A DNA stretch of 64,000 nucleotides from an uncultured Actinomycetota bacterium (GTDB taxonomy: Bacteria; Actinomycetota; Actinomycetes; JAFAQI01): positions 288,001 to 352,000 of the forward strand of contig CAVYQE010000011.1 of assembly GCA_963770565.1 (NCBI GenBank). The letters run 5' to 3'. The position numbers and the translations under genes are program-made. The number at the start of each line of letters is the position of its first letter. Positions within the stretch are counted from its first letter, which is position 1. Below, one piece after another: positions 1-10,418 of the stretch. The notes below the pieces were generated by a model, which saw only the letters and a list, made by a program, of their open reading frames with translations, ran no database searches and was not told the origin of the DNA.

Positions 1-695
1 CAGACGATCACCGCCGTATCCGCCGGCCCGTCTCGCAGCGTGGCGTCGAGCGCGTCGATCCGGATCAGGCCCTGCTCGTCGGCCGGCACGATCTCGGCGG
101 TGCCGAGCCCGAGGTAGCGCAGCGCCAGATCGACCGAGGTGTGCCGTTCCGCTCCGGCCAGGACGCGCACCCGGGGTCCGCCGGTCAGCCCGTCGCGCTC
201 GACGTCCCAGCCGGCCCGCTTGAGTACGGCGTACCTGGCCGCGGCCAGGCAGGCGAAGTTCGCCGAGGTCGCTCCGGTGGCGAAGCCGACGGCCGCGCCG
301 CGCGGAAGGTCGAGCAGGTCGAGCAGCCAGGCCGCCGCAGCCTCCTCGGCCGCAACCACCGCCGGTGTCGCGTAGCGCATGCCGGCGTTCTGATCCCAGG
401 CGCTCACCAGCCAGTCGGCGGCGAGTGCGGCCGGCAACGTGCCGCCCATGACCCAGCCGTAGAAGCGCCCGGCCGGGCTCGCCATGAGCCCCGGCTCGGC
501 GAGCCGGGCCAGTTCGTCGATGACCTCTTCAGGGGCGGTCGAATCCTCAGGCAGTGCGCCACCGAAGGCAGCCAGGAGGTCGTCGGCGGAAGCGGTCGGT
601 CCGACCCGTCGTGACCCCAGCGACTCGAGCCACACCCGGGCTCGTTCGGCCGCGACGGCCAATGGTTTGTCGTAGTCGGCCGCGTCAACGCCCAT
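1..695 (-). CDS. Pyridoxal-dependent (group II, aromatic amino acid-type) decarboxylase, 3' end beyond window edge
   Basis: Manual translation from ATG 695: MGVDAADYDKPLAVAAERAR...PGLMASPAGRFYGWVMGGTLPAALAADWLVSAWDQNAG...GFATGATSANFACLAAAR, typical group II decarboxylase motifs. Absent from the ORF track because it has no stop in the window. Confidence 0.85.
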   Translation of the reverse strand, partial: MGVDAADYDKPLAVAAERARVWLESLGSRRVGPTASADDLLAAFGGALPEDSTAPEEVIDELARLAEPGLMASPAGRFYGWVMGGTLPAALAADWLVSAWDQNAGMRYATPAVVAAEEAAAAWLLDLLDLPRGAAVGFATGATSANFACLAAARYAVLKRAGWDVERDGLTGGPRVRVLAGAERHTSVDLALRYLGLGTAEIVPADEQGLIRIDALDATLRDGPADTAVIV

Positions 696-772
696 GTCCG
701 CCTCGCCTTCGTCGTGACCAGGCTATTGCGGCGCGGCATAGAGACAGAACGGGTTTCCGGCCCGGTGGCGGG

Positions 773-1318
773 TCAGCGGGCCGCTTGGTCCGCGCCGACG
801 CGCGACGCGGCCAGCGCGGCGAGCCGGGTGGTAATTGCTTTGGCGGTCGATTCGGCAAGGCGATGGAGGGCGGCGTCGTCGGCCACATGACCGATCGGCC
901 CCAATGGGGGCCGGTACGCCCCGGCCAGGGTGAGCAGGCAACTCGTTTCGTCGATGGGGGTGATCGCCAACCGGGCGTCGAGTTTGGGGTAGCCGGCGGC
1001 GAACGCGCCGATCGGAGCCCAATGCAGGTCATAGACGAAGCTCGGGCCTTGCGGGCGAGGGTTGCTGAGCCGCGCGACCACTCGCTTGCGCAGCGAGCTG
1101 TTTCGGCGGGGACCGACCACGAGCTCGACGTCGAGGCCGTCGTCCTCGCCGCACCCGGCGGTTGAGTCGCTGAGCACCTGCCAGAGCCGCAGCCGGGCGT
1201 GATAGGCGTTGCAGGTGACGACCGCATCGGCACGTACCCAGCCATCATGTGGCGCACCGATTGGCGGTTTGTGATCGACGCGGGCAAGCCGTCCGGCTCG
1301 CACCCTGGAGATACCCAT
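773..1318 (-). CDS. Conserved hypothetical protein (possibly SRPBCC-like)
   Basis: C-terminal motif YRPPLGPIGHVADDAALHRLAE resembles a common actinobacterial hypothetical family; start uncertain. Confidence 0.55.
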   Translation of the reverse strand: MGISRVRAGRLARVDHKPPIGAPHDGWVRADAVVTCNAYHARLRLWQVLSDSTAGCGEDDGLDVELVVGPRRNSSLRKRVVARLSNPRPQGPSFVYDLHWAPIGAFAAGYPKLDARLAITPIDETSCLLTLAGAYRPPLGPIGHVADDAALHRLAESTAKAITTRLAALAASRVGADQAAR

Positions 1319-1458
1319 CAGGACCGACCTCTCATCTACCGCGAGCCTCGCGCGCGATGACAGGGACCGCTAGAGACCTTGGTCCTCGGTTCGGTGGACA
1401 AAGTACGGGTGTCGACGACCTCGCCGGAGCCGGCAAGGGCGTGTCATAACCTGCCGAC

Positions 1459-2079
1459 ATGGCGTTCACCGGATGGCCGGTCGAGGCGATCGAGTTCTAC
1501 GAGGGCCTGCAGGCCGACAACACGAGGATCTTCTGGCAGGCGAATAAGTCGACATACGACGACTGCGTGCTGCGGCCGATGCAGGAGCTGCTCGCGGAGC
1601 TGGAGCCGGAGTTCGGTGAGGGCAAGATCTTCCGGCCATACCGCGACGTACGGTTCAGCGCCGACAAGTCGCCGTACAAGACCGCGATGGGTGCCACGCT
1701 GGCAGGCGGGGGTTACGTGCATCTGTCTGCCGACGGGCTCGGCTCGGGCTGCGGGATGTATCACCTCGAGCCCGACCAGTTGGCCCGGTTCCGGGAGGCC
1801 GTGGCTGACGACACCTGCGGTCCGCAGGTGCAAGCGATCGTCGATGACTTACGGAAGGCGAAGATCGACGTGTCGGCACACGACACGTTGAAGACCGTCG
1901 CGCGCGGCTACCCCAAGGACCATCCGCGGGCTGAGCTGTTGCGCTACAAGGGGTTGATCAGCTGGAAGCAGTGGCCGGTCGGTGCGTGGCTCGGCACCCC
2001 GAAGGCAAAGGACCGGGTGGTCGACTTCCTGCGTACCTCAGGCCCACTCAACGATTGGCTCGCCAAGAACGTCGCGTGA
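1459..2079 (+). CDS. DUF2461 family protein
   Basis: Motifs NTRIFWQANK, IFRPYRDVRFSADKSPYKT and RGYPKDHPRAELLR. Confidence 0.88.
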   Translation: MAFTGWPVEAIEFYEGLQADNTRIFWQANKSTYDDCVLRPMQELLAELEPEFGEGKIFRPYRDVRFSADKSPYKTAMGATLAGGGYVHLSADGLGSGCGMYHLEPDQLARFREAVADDTCGPQVQAIVDDLRKAKIDVSAHDTLKTVARGYPKDHPRAELLRYKGLISWKQWPVGAWLGTPKAKDRVVDFLRTSGPLNDWLAKNVA

Positions 2080-2150
2080 TCCGTCCCGCGGCGGCGCGTT
2101 GACCTGGCCATGCTCAGGTCGCCGGACGCGGGCACAACCTGGAGGTTGAC

Positions 2151-2522
2151 GTGCTCGACCACATCTCGATTCAGTGCGCGGACGTCTCGGCCAGTGCGGC
2201 GTTCTACGACGCCGTGCTCGCGACCATCGGCGGGGAGCGGGTGATGGACTTCGGCGACGCGATCGGGTACGGCGTACCGCCGATGCCGGACTTCTGGATC
2301 GGTGGCCAGCAGACCGGCGAGGGGTTCCGGGAGAACCACCTCGCGTTCTCGGCACCCGACCGCGGTGCGGTCGACGCGTTCGTGGCGGCCGCCGTGGCCA
2401 CCGGAGCCGAGGTGCTGCACCCGGCCCGGTTGTGGCCGGAGTACCACCCGAACTACTACGGCGGCTTCGTCCGCGACCCGGACGGCAACAACGTCGAGGC
2501 GGTCTGTCACAAACCGGCGTAG
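2151..2522 (+). CDS. VOC/glyoxalase family protein
   Basis: LDHISI...HLAFSA...YYGGFVRDPDGNNVEAVCH; GGAGG RBS before GTG. Confidence 0.9.
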   Translation: MLDHISIQCADVSASAAFYDAVLATIGGERVMDFGDAIGYGVPPMPDFWIGGQQTGEGFRENHLAFSAPDRGAVDAFVAAAVATGAEVLHPARLWPEYHPNYYGGFVRDPDGNNVEAVCHKPA

Positions 2523-2548
2523 TAGCGAGCCGGTTTCCGGGCAGCCGA

Positions 2549-2646
2549 CCCCGTTTCAGCACACAACGCTGCCGCCGCCGCTACGCAGATCGGACAGGTC
2601 GCCACCAACCGGGCGCTCACGGCACCGGTTGTGTGCTGAAACGGGG
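2549..2646. repeat. Intergenic inverted-repeat element, family B copy 1
   Basis: Perfect 19-bp IR CCCCGTTTCAGCACACAAC (2549-2567) / GTTGTGTGCTGAAACGGGG (2628-2646) with a 60-bp spacer. Confidence 0.85.
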
Positions 2647-2691
2647 AAGTGAATCGCCGGAGCCGGTAACCCGATCGGGTGTATTGACGCC

Positions 2692-4806
2692 GTGCACCAG
2701 GCGCGAAACGATCGCGGCGTGATCGGGGGGATTGGCTCTCGCCGCGCGATTGTGGCTGCCATGGTCATCGCGGCCACGGTGCCGGGCGTCGCTCAGGCGG
2801 CTCCTGGCGGGTCGATCGCGACACACCATGCAAGGGCGTCCCACCGGCACACGGCGGTTGCGCGCGCTGCTGCGCGGGCTGGGCGGCCGATGACCACCGA
2901 CCTCCGGCTGGCGAGGTCTGCGGTGAAGGTGTCCGCCGGGCGGTTGGCGGTGTCTGGTACGGCGCTGATCACCGGCAAGCTACCGAAGTCGTTCAGCGGC
3001 AAGCCGAAGTCGTTCGCGTTGTCGAAGAACACGACCTTCGGAGCCGGCGACAGCTACGTCGGGACCGCGGCGTTGAAGGCGCCGAAGGGCAGCTACAAGG
3101 CCTGGATCTCGCTCGCCGACGATGCGACGACCGGCATGTTCCGTCTCCTCGCCTGCAAAAAGACGACACCGTCGGCCCCGACCTGCACGGCGGTCGGAAC
3201 GGCACATGTCGGTGCCGCGGCGGCGCCGGTCGTGGCAACACCGAAGCTCGAGACCACCCGCATGGTGAGCCGCATGTTCAACGGCAAGGCGGCTTCGCTC
3301 ACGGCGACTGGGAGCGACGGCACGAAATTCACGATCAAGGTGCCGGCCTCCGACGCGATCTACCCGATCGAGCTGACCCCGGTCTCGTCGCTGTCGCCGA
3401 CGAGCGCGGCCGGCAAGCTCGTCGATGGCGTGATGATCAGCCCACTCGGCGAGGCACCGCCCGGCTCGACGTTGGTCATCAAGCCGGGCAAGAGGAAGCC
3501 GCCGAAGAACGCGCAGGTCATCGGCTTCGGTGGAATCGAAACCTCAGGTGCCGCGTTTCCGTTGCCCATCCCGTTCGGTAAGACTGCGACGATTCCGCTC
3601 GCTTCGCTCGGTGGTTACGGGATCGCTGTCCCGGTCGCCAAGTCGAGCAACGCCGTGCAGGCCTGCCCGTCAGCCCCGGACGTGTTGGCCGTGGCACAAC
3701 CGGCTGCCTCGGGATCTCGGCCGCTCATCTCGTGCAGCTCGGCGGAGCAGCGGATGAGGCAGCTCGGCAATGCCATCATCAAGGAGCTCGGAATCGCCCG
3801 ACAGGAGCTACTGCTGGGCCAGGAACCGTCGGCGAATATCGGCGAAATGTTTGTAGAGGCCGGCACCGCCGACACGCAGGCTCTCGAGAACGAGGCCGGT
3901 CGCCTCCTGAATCAGCCGCCCACTGATCAGGGGTCCGCTGAGCTCGAGGTCCTGACGATGGATGCGCTCGGCATCGCCCGCCAATCGGAGCTGACGGGCC
4001 AGCCGCATGACGAGATCGACCAGTTGGTCGACCAGATGCTCAACTATCGGCTCAAGAACCTCCACGAGCTGTGCATGGGTGGTGGGCCGCAGCCGGCCAT
4101 CCAGTTGCTCGCGCACGCGATGCTTGCCCTCGGAACGATGCTGGAGGCCAGGACTCTCGACGACCCTGCCCTGGGCAACGAAGCCGGCACTATTCGCAGT
4201 GCGTGCCTTCGCCGGGTCAAGATCAACATCGACATCACTGACTCCTCTGAGTTCGACAACAACACCCTCGATGTATCAGCAGCCGTAACGGCCGACCACG
4301 TCATGGTGACCGGTCACGACGATGCGAAGGCGGTCGGTGGCGTCGCGCTCAAGGCGAACGATGTGACGCTCACCTACGACTCTGCGTCCGTCTCGGTTGA
4401 CCCACCGCTATCCGGAGTCGAGACCGCCGAGTTCACGAGCAAGTCCGGTCTCGTGCATGTCGGCACCGTCGGCTACAGCGCATCGACGAAGGTGCGCTGC
4501 GACAAGAACAAGCAGTTCGTGTACGACTACAAGGCCTCGCTCTGGGCCGACCCGAGCACCCTGTGGAAGGACGTCCAGAAGGTCCAGATCTCGGTGGAAG
4601 GCACGGTGGTCGGCAACAACATCGGCGGCGTCGAAGGGGGCTCATTCTCGGAGGGCATCCATACGTCGAAGATCCTTCAGCCGTTTGAGATCAAGCTCGA
4701 CACACAACCGCCGACCGAGCTGAAGAACGGCGGGCCCTGTCAGTCGGCGAGTTGCAAGAAGTTCTCATTCGACGCCACCTTCGACGCCACGAGCCAAGAC
4801 GGCTGA
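2692..4806 (+). CDS. Large secreted hypothetical protein
   Basis: 704-aa ORF with signal-peptide-like N-terminus (RRAIVAAMVIAATVPGVAQA) and strong GC3 bias; start uncertain. Confidence 0.7.
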   Translation: MHQARNDRGVIGGIGSRRAIVAAMVIAATVPGVAQAAPGGSIATHHARASHRHTAVARAAARAGRPMTTDLRLARSAVKVSAGRLAVSGTALITGKLPKSFSGKPKSFALSKNTTFGAGDSYVGTAALKAPKGSYKAWISLADDATTGMFRLLACKKTTPSAPTCTAVGTAHVGAAAAPVVATPKLETTRMVSRMFNGKAASLTATGSDGTKFTIKVPASDAIYPIELTPVSSLSPTSAAGKLVDGVMISPLGEAPPGSTLVIKPGKRKPPKNAQVIGFGGIETSGAAFPLPIPFGKTATIPLASLGGYGIAVPVAKSSNAVQACPSAPDVLAVAQPAASGSRPLISCSSAEQRMRQLGNAIIKELGIARQELLLGQEPSANIGEMFVEAGTADTQALENEAGRLLNQPPTDQGSAELEVLTMDALGIARQSELTGQPHDEIDQLVDQMLNYRLKNLHELCMGGGPQPAIQLLAHAMLALGTMLEARTLDDPALGNEAGTIRSACLRRVKINIDITDSSEFDNNTLDVSAAVTADHVMVTGHDDAKAVGGVALKANDVTLTYDSASVSVDPPLSGVETAEFTSKSGLVHVGTVGYSASTKVRCDKNKQFVYDYKASLWADPSTLWKDVQKVQISVEGTVVGNNIGGVEGGSFSEGIHTSKILQPFEIKLDTQPPTELKNGGPCQSASCKKFSFDATFDATSQDG

Positions 4807-4815
4807 CCTGACAGA

Positions 4816-5875
4816 TCAGCGTTCGGCCGCCGCGAGGACCCGCAGTGCTTCGACCGCGCGGTCGGGGTCGTCGGGCGGGATGGGGAACGGCTCGGGGTCG
4901 CGGCAACGATCGAGCAGCCGCTCGACCATCGCCGAACGATCGATGATGACGTCGGCGTCGATCGCGCCCGGCATGATCCGGATCTCGAGGGTGTCGCGCA
5001 CCGGATCGTCCCTCAGCAGTTGGGTCAGGTTGATGTCGAAGAATTTCGTCAGCCCACCCTCCTTCGCGGCCGCTCGGAGGTCGTCGATGCTCGGGTCGCC
5101 CGCGACCGCATCGACGAGCTGCGCGGGCAACGCCGCGAGCCGCCGGCAGCGCGGGTTTGTCCCGAGCAGTTGCCGCAATGGTTCGCGCCAGTAGGCGAAC
5201 AGCCGTACGACGTTCGCCAGTGCGTGCACCTCGCGGAACGGCTTCCGTCGAATGGATGTGGACCGCGGCCTCCTGAGGAACCGTGAAGCCGAGCGATCGC
5301 GGGCCGGCCCGAGGAGCGCCTCGAGCGCCTCGCGGTGGCCGACTAGCAAGGGGCGGCGTGACGATCTCGCACGGGCGCTCGCGCTCACCGCCGCTCGGAG
5401 CTGGCGAGGGCGATCGTGGCGCCGGCCGAGTCGAGCCGCCAGATCGTCCCGTGCCGCTCGGGTGCCACGCCCCAGATCGCGGCTGCACCGTCGAGTGCTG
5501 TCTCGAGCGGGCCGCCCGGGTCGCTGTGCCGCGCGAGCAGGCGCGAGCAGTCGAGGGTCGTCGGTCAGCAGCCGATGCCAGCCCGAGTACGGCGGCTGCC
5601 GTCGGCGTCGAGGTCGGCCATGATCGTCACGTCGTCGACCAGCGTGCAGACCAGTTCGCCGGACCCGGTCGTGACCTCGAAGCCTTTGGTCAGGTGCAGG
5701 AACCGGCCGCCGAGCGACTTCACGAGCGCCGGCTCGCTGTCGTCGATGCCAGATCGCTGCGGACCTGCCGCACGACAGGTTCGGCGAGGTCCGCGGCGAG
5801 GATTCGCCGGCTCGAGCCCCGCGCGGCGCGAGCAGCTCGACCTCGAACCCGCGCGCGAGCACAGCCCGTGCTCAT
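4816..5875 (-). pseudogene. Putative amidoligase-type (COOH-NH2 ligase) gene interrupted by several frameshifts
   Basis: N-terminal GFEVELLAPRG and C-terminal TKFFDINL...RDTLEIRIMPG lie in one frame; the middle part (FLHLTKGFEV...TLVDDVTIMADL) lies in another. May be sequence error rather than true decay. Confidence 0.5.
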
Positions 5876-5895
5876 CGGCGGCCGGAAGCCTTCGG

Positions 5896-6995
5896 TCAGG
5901 GCGAGATCGGCAAGCGTGCCGCCGTCGAGCAGCTTCTGGCCGGCCTCGGCCTTCACCTTGTAGGTGTCGGTCTCGTTCCACATCTGGCCCAGCGTGACGG
6001 CGTCGTTGTAGTCGTAGCCGGCCGCAAAGAACGCGGCGACCGCCTTGTTCTCCGGCGAGTGCCGGAGTACCGCTCGGAGGGATCGGCAGCGTGTCGCCGT
6101 CGAGCAGCTTCTGGCCGGCATCGGTCTTGACCTGATTGATGTCGGTCTCGTTCCACATCTGCCCCAAGGTGACGGCGTCGTTGTAGTCGTAGCCGTCAGC
6201 AAAGTACTCCGCCAGCGCCGGGCTCTCCGGTGCCACCGGTGTGCTGGCCGTTCCGGAGCTGTCGCCCGCCTTGGCCTGTTCGGCCTTGGCGCGCGCCTCG
6301 AGATGCGCCTTGGACATCGTTCCTGTCAACACTGCGGAGGGTGTCGCCGAGCCGCTCGGCGGGATCGGCAGCTGCTCGCCGTCGAGGAGCTTCTGGCCGG
6401 CCTCGGCCTTCGCCTTGTAGGTACTAGTTTCATTCCACAGCTTCGCGAGGTCGACCGCGTCGTTGTAGTCGTAGCCGGCGGCGAAGAAGGCGGCCACCTG
6501 CGCGTCTTGGGTCGGGTTGTCGGGTTCAGGCGTGACGTCCGGCTGCACCGGGAGCTTCTGGCCCGCCAGCAGCATCAGGCCGGCCTGCGTCTTGATCTGC
6601 TCGATACCGCTGCTGCTCGTGCTGTCGCCCCAGATTGCAGCCAGCTGCAAGGCGTTGTTGTAGTCGTATCCGTCCGTGAAGTACGCGTTGAGCGCCTGCG
6701 CGTCGGTGTAGGTGCCCGCGATCGGCGACGGGCTCGGCGAGGGGCTGCCGTCGGCGGCCTGGATGGTGTTGACGGTCTGGTTCGACCCGCCGCCGCGCGC
6801 CAGCCCGGGAAGCGCGACGCCGCCGGCGACCAGGCCGACACCGAGCACGGAGGCGCCGGTTGCCCGCACCGCCCAGCGGCGGCGACGCATATGGCGCGCA
6901 ATGATCTCGACCCGGGCGAGCACGTCGCCGGTGTCCGGGGCGAGGTGCTCGTGGGACGCGAATGCGTCGTGCAGTTCATCGATCGGTTCGTACAT
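5896..6995 (-). CDS. Membrane-anchored putative anti-sigma partner with four ~60-aa GYDYNDA repeats (apparent frameshifts near 6058 and 5912)
   Basis: ATG 6995 overlaps the sigma-factor stop (TGATG); short cytoplasmic N-terminus, RRRR then a TM helix; repeats of YF/FF.GYDYNDA..L...W......K..AG..LL.G..LP. Confidence 0.7.
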
Positions 6996-7510
6996 CAGAC
7001 GTCTCCCGCCACGGTGATGTGCTGCCGCTCCGACTGGAGCCGCAGGGCTTTCAAGGCTTTTGATGCGTTGCTTCTGACAGTCACCCGCGCGCAGTCGAGC
7101 AGGTGGGCGATCTCGTCGTCGTCGAGCTGTTCGTAGTAGCGCAGGACGAGTACGGCGCGCTGCTTGCGGGGCAGCGCCGACAGCCGGGACCACAGCTCGT
7201 CGGTGTCGACGACGGCGTCGGCGTGATCGCGGGACGCGTCGCGCCGGTCCATGAGGTCGATCACGTGCTCGCCGACCGCCTGGATGTTGCGGACGGCCCA
7301 GCGCCGGCGCCATGAGAGGTACTCGTTGAGAACCATCTGGCGGACGTAGGCGTCGGGTGAGTGCGCCCGGACGATCTTGGTCCAGTTCAGCTGAGCCCTG
7401 GCGAGCACGTCCTGCACGATGTCCTGAGCGAGGTCCCGGTCACCCGTGAGTACGACGGCGTACCGCAGCAGGCCAGGCAGGCGCGCTGCCGCGAACTCCG
7501 CGAAGGTCAC
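6995..7510 (-). CDS. ECF RNA polymerase sigma factor (actinobacterial SigE-like family)
   Basis: FAEFAAARLPGLLRYAVVLTGDRDLAQDIVQDVL and region 4 LSALPRKQRAVLVLRYYEQLDDDEIAHLL. Confidence 0.92.
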   Translation of the reverse strand: MTFAEFAAARLPGLLRYAVVLTGDRDLAQDIVQDVLARAQLNWTKIVRAHSPDAYVRQMVLNEYLSWRRRWAVRNIQAVGEHVIDLMDRRDASRDHADAVVDTDELWSRLSALPRKQRAVLVLRYYEQLDDDEIAHLLDCARVTVRSNASKALKALRLQSERQHITVAGDV

Positions 7511-7590
7511 ATCCCTAAGATGCGGCCCGGCGCCAATCCGTGTGACGCCGGGTGCACTTTTCACAATCGGCCCGGCTGGCGGCACTCGTC

Positions 7591-7688
7591 GTTCGTTTGA
7601 GCACACAACGGTGCTCGCATCGACCCCGGAATGGGACGTTGGGGTCGTAACCGGCGCGCTCGGGGGAGCGTTGTGCGCTGAAACGGAC
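7591..7688. repeat. Intergenic inverted-repeat element, family B copy 2
   Basis: GTTCGTTTGAGCACACAACG (7591-7610) / CGTTGTGCGCTGAAACGGAC (7669-7688); same arm sequence and spacing as 2549-2646. Confidence 0.8.
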
Positions 7689-7711
7689 CGAGCAGTCGCG
7701 GGGGCGAGGCC

Positions 7712-9658
7712 CTACCTCCGCAGTTCGTACGCGCCTTCGTCGCACTTGCTCCGTCGTCCCAGCGTGCCTTGAGGGCGCGGCACGCCGCGCTGATCGGTCG
7801 TGGCGATCGCCCGGCAGGTCGCCCGGCGGATCCGGTCGAGCCCGATGCTGCCCTTGTGCAGGGCCATCGTCTTGGTCGGGCCGCCGTTGGCGGCGAGCTT
7901 GCCCAGCTTGGCTTTCTTGACCGACACCTTGGCCCGGTCGGTGTGCTTCGTGCCGATCGCACAGCCCGCGAGCGGCCCAAAGGCGTTGTATCCGCGGGAG
8001 TTCAGGGTGCCGGCGCAGGTCGAGCCGGCGCCCGCGGCGTTGTCGAGGACCAGGCTGGCTTCGATCGATGCCGGGGTCATCCCGGTGTTGGACCAGAAGA
8101 TTCCGCCGCCGTAGCTCTGCTTCGGTGCGCCGGACGCCCGGTTGGCGACGATCGTGTCGAACTGCAGCCGCAGGCCGGGATCGGTGGAGGAGATCGCGCC
8201 GCCCTCGGCCCGGCTGTGGCCCGGGCCGTGCACGGTGGCCGCGTTGCCGCTGAAGGTCGAGTTGACGATGCGGTTCTTGTCGGACGCGGTCGTGAAGACG
8301 TTGATGTCGACGCCGCCGCCCCGTGAGTCGCTGCCGGCCTTGACCGCGCTCGCGGTTGCCGTGTTGTCCGCAAAGGTTGACGACGAGACGGTCAGACCAC
8401 GGGCGTCGGTGGCCAACCGGGCTCCTGCGCCGCTCACGAATGCGGCCTCGCCCGAAGCCGTGCCGTGAGCATCGACGCTGATGGCATTGTGCGAGAACGT
8501 GCTGTCTTTGACTGTGCCGAGGTCAGCAACGAAGTCCATCCCGGCCCCGTGCGCCTGGCCGCCGTACGCAGAAGTGACCCGCACCGTGTTGTTGTGGACG
8601 TTCAGGTAGGTGAGGTGGGCCGTGCCGGCGTCGACATAGAGACCCGCGCTCGAGGAGTTGCCGCCATCGGGGCCGGTGATCGTGGTTCGGACCTTGTTGT
8701 CGGCGAAGGTGTCGTGGGACAGCGCGAGCGTTCCCTCGAAGTCCATCCCGAAGCTTGCTCCCGCGCCGCTGCCGCCGGCGAACGGCGCGAACGCGGTCAC
8801 CGAGTTGCCGGTGAAGGCCGTGTGCGTGACCGAGACCTTGACTGCGGCGGTTGCCACGAACAGGCCCCCGCCGCCGACTGCGCCGAGGGCGTCGGCGGTC
8901 GTACTGTTCAGCGTCGCCCGGGCCGAGTTGTCGGTGAACGCCGACGACGTGATCGTCAACGGGCCGCTGTCCACCTCGACGGCACCGCCCTGGCTCAGCG
9001 CTTGCGTGCTGGTGGAGGCGGAGGTCACCGCTCGATTGCCGGTGAACGTGGTGTGGTCGATCGCCACCTTGCCGCGGGCCCAGACCGCACCGCCCTGCGC
9101 AAACTGGCCGTTGGCTCCGTAGACCTCGGCCTGGTTGGCGGTAAAGGTGCAGTGCGTGATCGTGAGGTGGCTGCCGACGTAGAGGACGGCACCTCCCGAT
9201 GCTTCCGTGGGAGCGATCTGGACGTTGTCGTCGAAGGTGACGTGGTCGAGGGTCAGTGGGCCGGCGTTCGGTGCGTCGATTCCGCCGCCCAAGGTGCCTT
9301 GACCGTCGGTGATCTCGAGGGACCTGATCGTGATCGTGTGCGGGTTGGGGATCGTGAGGACGACGCCGTCGTCGTCCGCGCTGAGCACGGCGCCGGACGT
9401 GCCGATCAACGTGAGGTCCTTGTCGATCGCGAAGTTGCCCTCACACGTCCCCGAGACCTGGAGGATCGCACCGGAGTTGGCGTTGTCGATTGCGGTCTGC
9501 AGTGAGTCGGTCGGGCAGTGCACGGGGGTCGCCGCGACCGCGACCGCGGCCACGGGCGCATTGACGGCGCCGGCCGCGACGAGCAGGGCCGTCACGCCGA
9601 TCGCGCTGCCCGCCACCCTCAGCAAGGCTCGAACGTTGAGTCGTCGGATGCCGCCCAT
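7712..9658 (-). CDS. Secreted right-handed beta-helix repeat protein with choice-of-anchor Q-like C-terminus
   Basis: Signal peptide; repeated GGA..., FTxN units; C-terminal LGKLAANGGPTKTMAL...TDQRGVPRPQG...CDEGAYE. Confidence 0.8.
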   Translation of the reverse strand: MGGIRRLNVRALLRVAGSAIGVTALLVAAGAVNAPVAAVAVAATPVHCPTDSLQTAIDNANSGAILQVSGTCEGNFAIDKDLTLIGTSGAVLSADDDGVVLTIPNPHTITIRSLEITDGQGTLGGGIDAPNAGPLTLDHVTFDDNVQIAPTEASGGAVLYVGSHLTITHCTFTANQAEVYGANGQFAQGGAVWARGKVAIDHTTFTGNRAVTSASTSTQALSQGGAVEVDSGPLTITSSAFTDNSARATLNSTTADALGAVGGGGLFVATAAVKVSVTHTAFTGNSVTAFAPFAGGSGAGASFGMDFEGTLALSHDTFADNKVRTTITGPDGGNSSSAGLYVDAGTAHLTYLNVHNNTVRVTSAYGGQAHGAGMDFVADLGTVKDSTFSHNAISVDAHGTASGEAAFVSGAGARLATDARGLTVSSSTFADNTATASAVKAGSDSRGGGVDINVFTTASDKNRIVNSTFSGNAATVHGPGHSRAEGGAISSTDPGLRLQFDTIVANRASGAPKQSYGGGIFWSNTGMTPASIEASLVLDNAAGAGSTCAGTLNSRGYNAFGPLAGCAIGTKHTDRAKVSVKKAKLGKLAANGGPTKTMALHKGSIGLDRIRRATCRAIATTDQRGVPRPQGTLGRRSKCDEGAYELRR

Positions 9659-9813
9659 GGCCCACCCCGGTCGTTGACGCCACGTATCCGGTCCGACCTT
9701 AGGTGATGGGCGCACGTGGAGGAAACCGGACGGATCGCCCGATACGGGTGCTTAAGGCTCGCTCTCGTCAGGTCGATGACCACTGTCATACCGCGGTGCG
9801 ATGGGGGACTGAC

Positions 9814-10407
9814 GTGGCGACCGACGACCAGCAGTCGTTCTTTGCGCCCATCAGCCCGCCCGGGGCGCCCGTGCCGCCCCGGGGTGCGGGTTACCCGGCG
9901 CCGCCGCCACCCCCGCCGCCACCGGGCGCGGCGCCGTGGGGGACCGGATACCCGCCGGCGTACGGAACCGGCTACAGCTACCAGCCGCCGCCGGCTCGCC
10001 GGGGCATGAACGGCTGGTTGATCGCGGCGATCGCCGCGGCGGTGGTCATCGTCGGTGGGGTGGTCGCCGTGGTGCTGATCTACGTGTCGAACCGCAATGG
10101 CGCCAGAACCGAGGCCAACCGCTACCTGGCGGCCTTGCAGTCCAGGCGGTACCCCCAGGCCTTCGCGATGCTGTGCCCGGCCGACCAGTCGACCGCGCCG
10201 GAGTCGGTGTTCGCGATGGCCAACGAGGCCGGTCACCCGGTCACGTACACGATCCACGGCACGACGTTGGAAACGATCAACGGAACGGAACTGGCGTTCG
10301 TCTACTACCAGCAGCAGCGCTCGGACGGTGTATCGGGGACCTTTGACATCCCGCTGCTGAAGTCGGGTGGCTCCTGGCGAGTGTGCCCCACCGCGGCACT
10401 CGGCTGA
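9814..10407 (+). CDS. Proline-rich single-pass membrane protein
   Basis: GTG after GGGGGA RBS; Pro/Gly/Tyr-rich N-terminus, TM segment and small extracytoplasmic domain. Confidence 0.7.
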   Translation: MATDDQQSFFAPISPPGAPVPPRGAGYPAPPPPPPPPGAAPWGTGYPPAYGTGYSYQPPPARRGMNGWLIAAIAAAVVIVGGVVAVVLIYVSNRNGARTEANRYLAALQSRRYPQAFAMLCPADQSTAPESVFAMANEAGHPVTYTIHGTTLETINGTELAFVYYQQQRSDGVSGTFDIPLLKSGGSWRVCPTAALG

Positions 10408-10418
10408 CGGCCGGGTCG

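Noticed and set aside
5565-7313. 582-aa ORF as a single fusion protein
   Set aside because: It is a chimera of an off-frame sigma region, the repeat protein and part of the amidoligase-like gene, produced by frameshifts.
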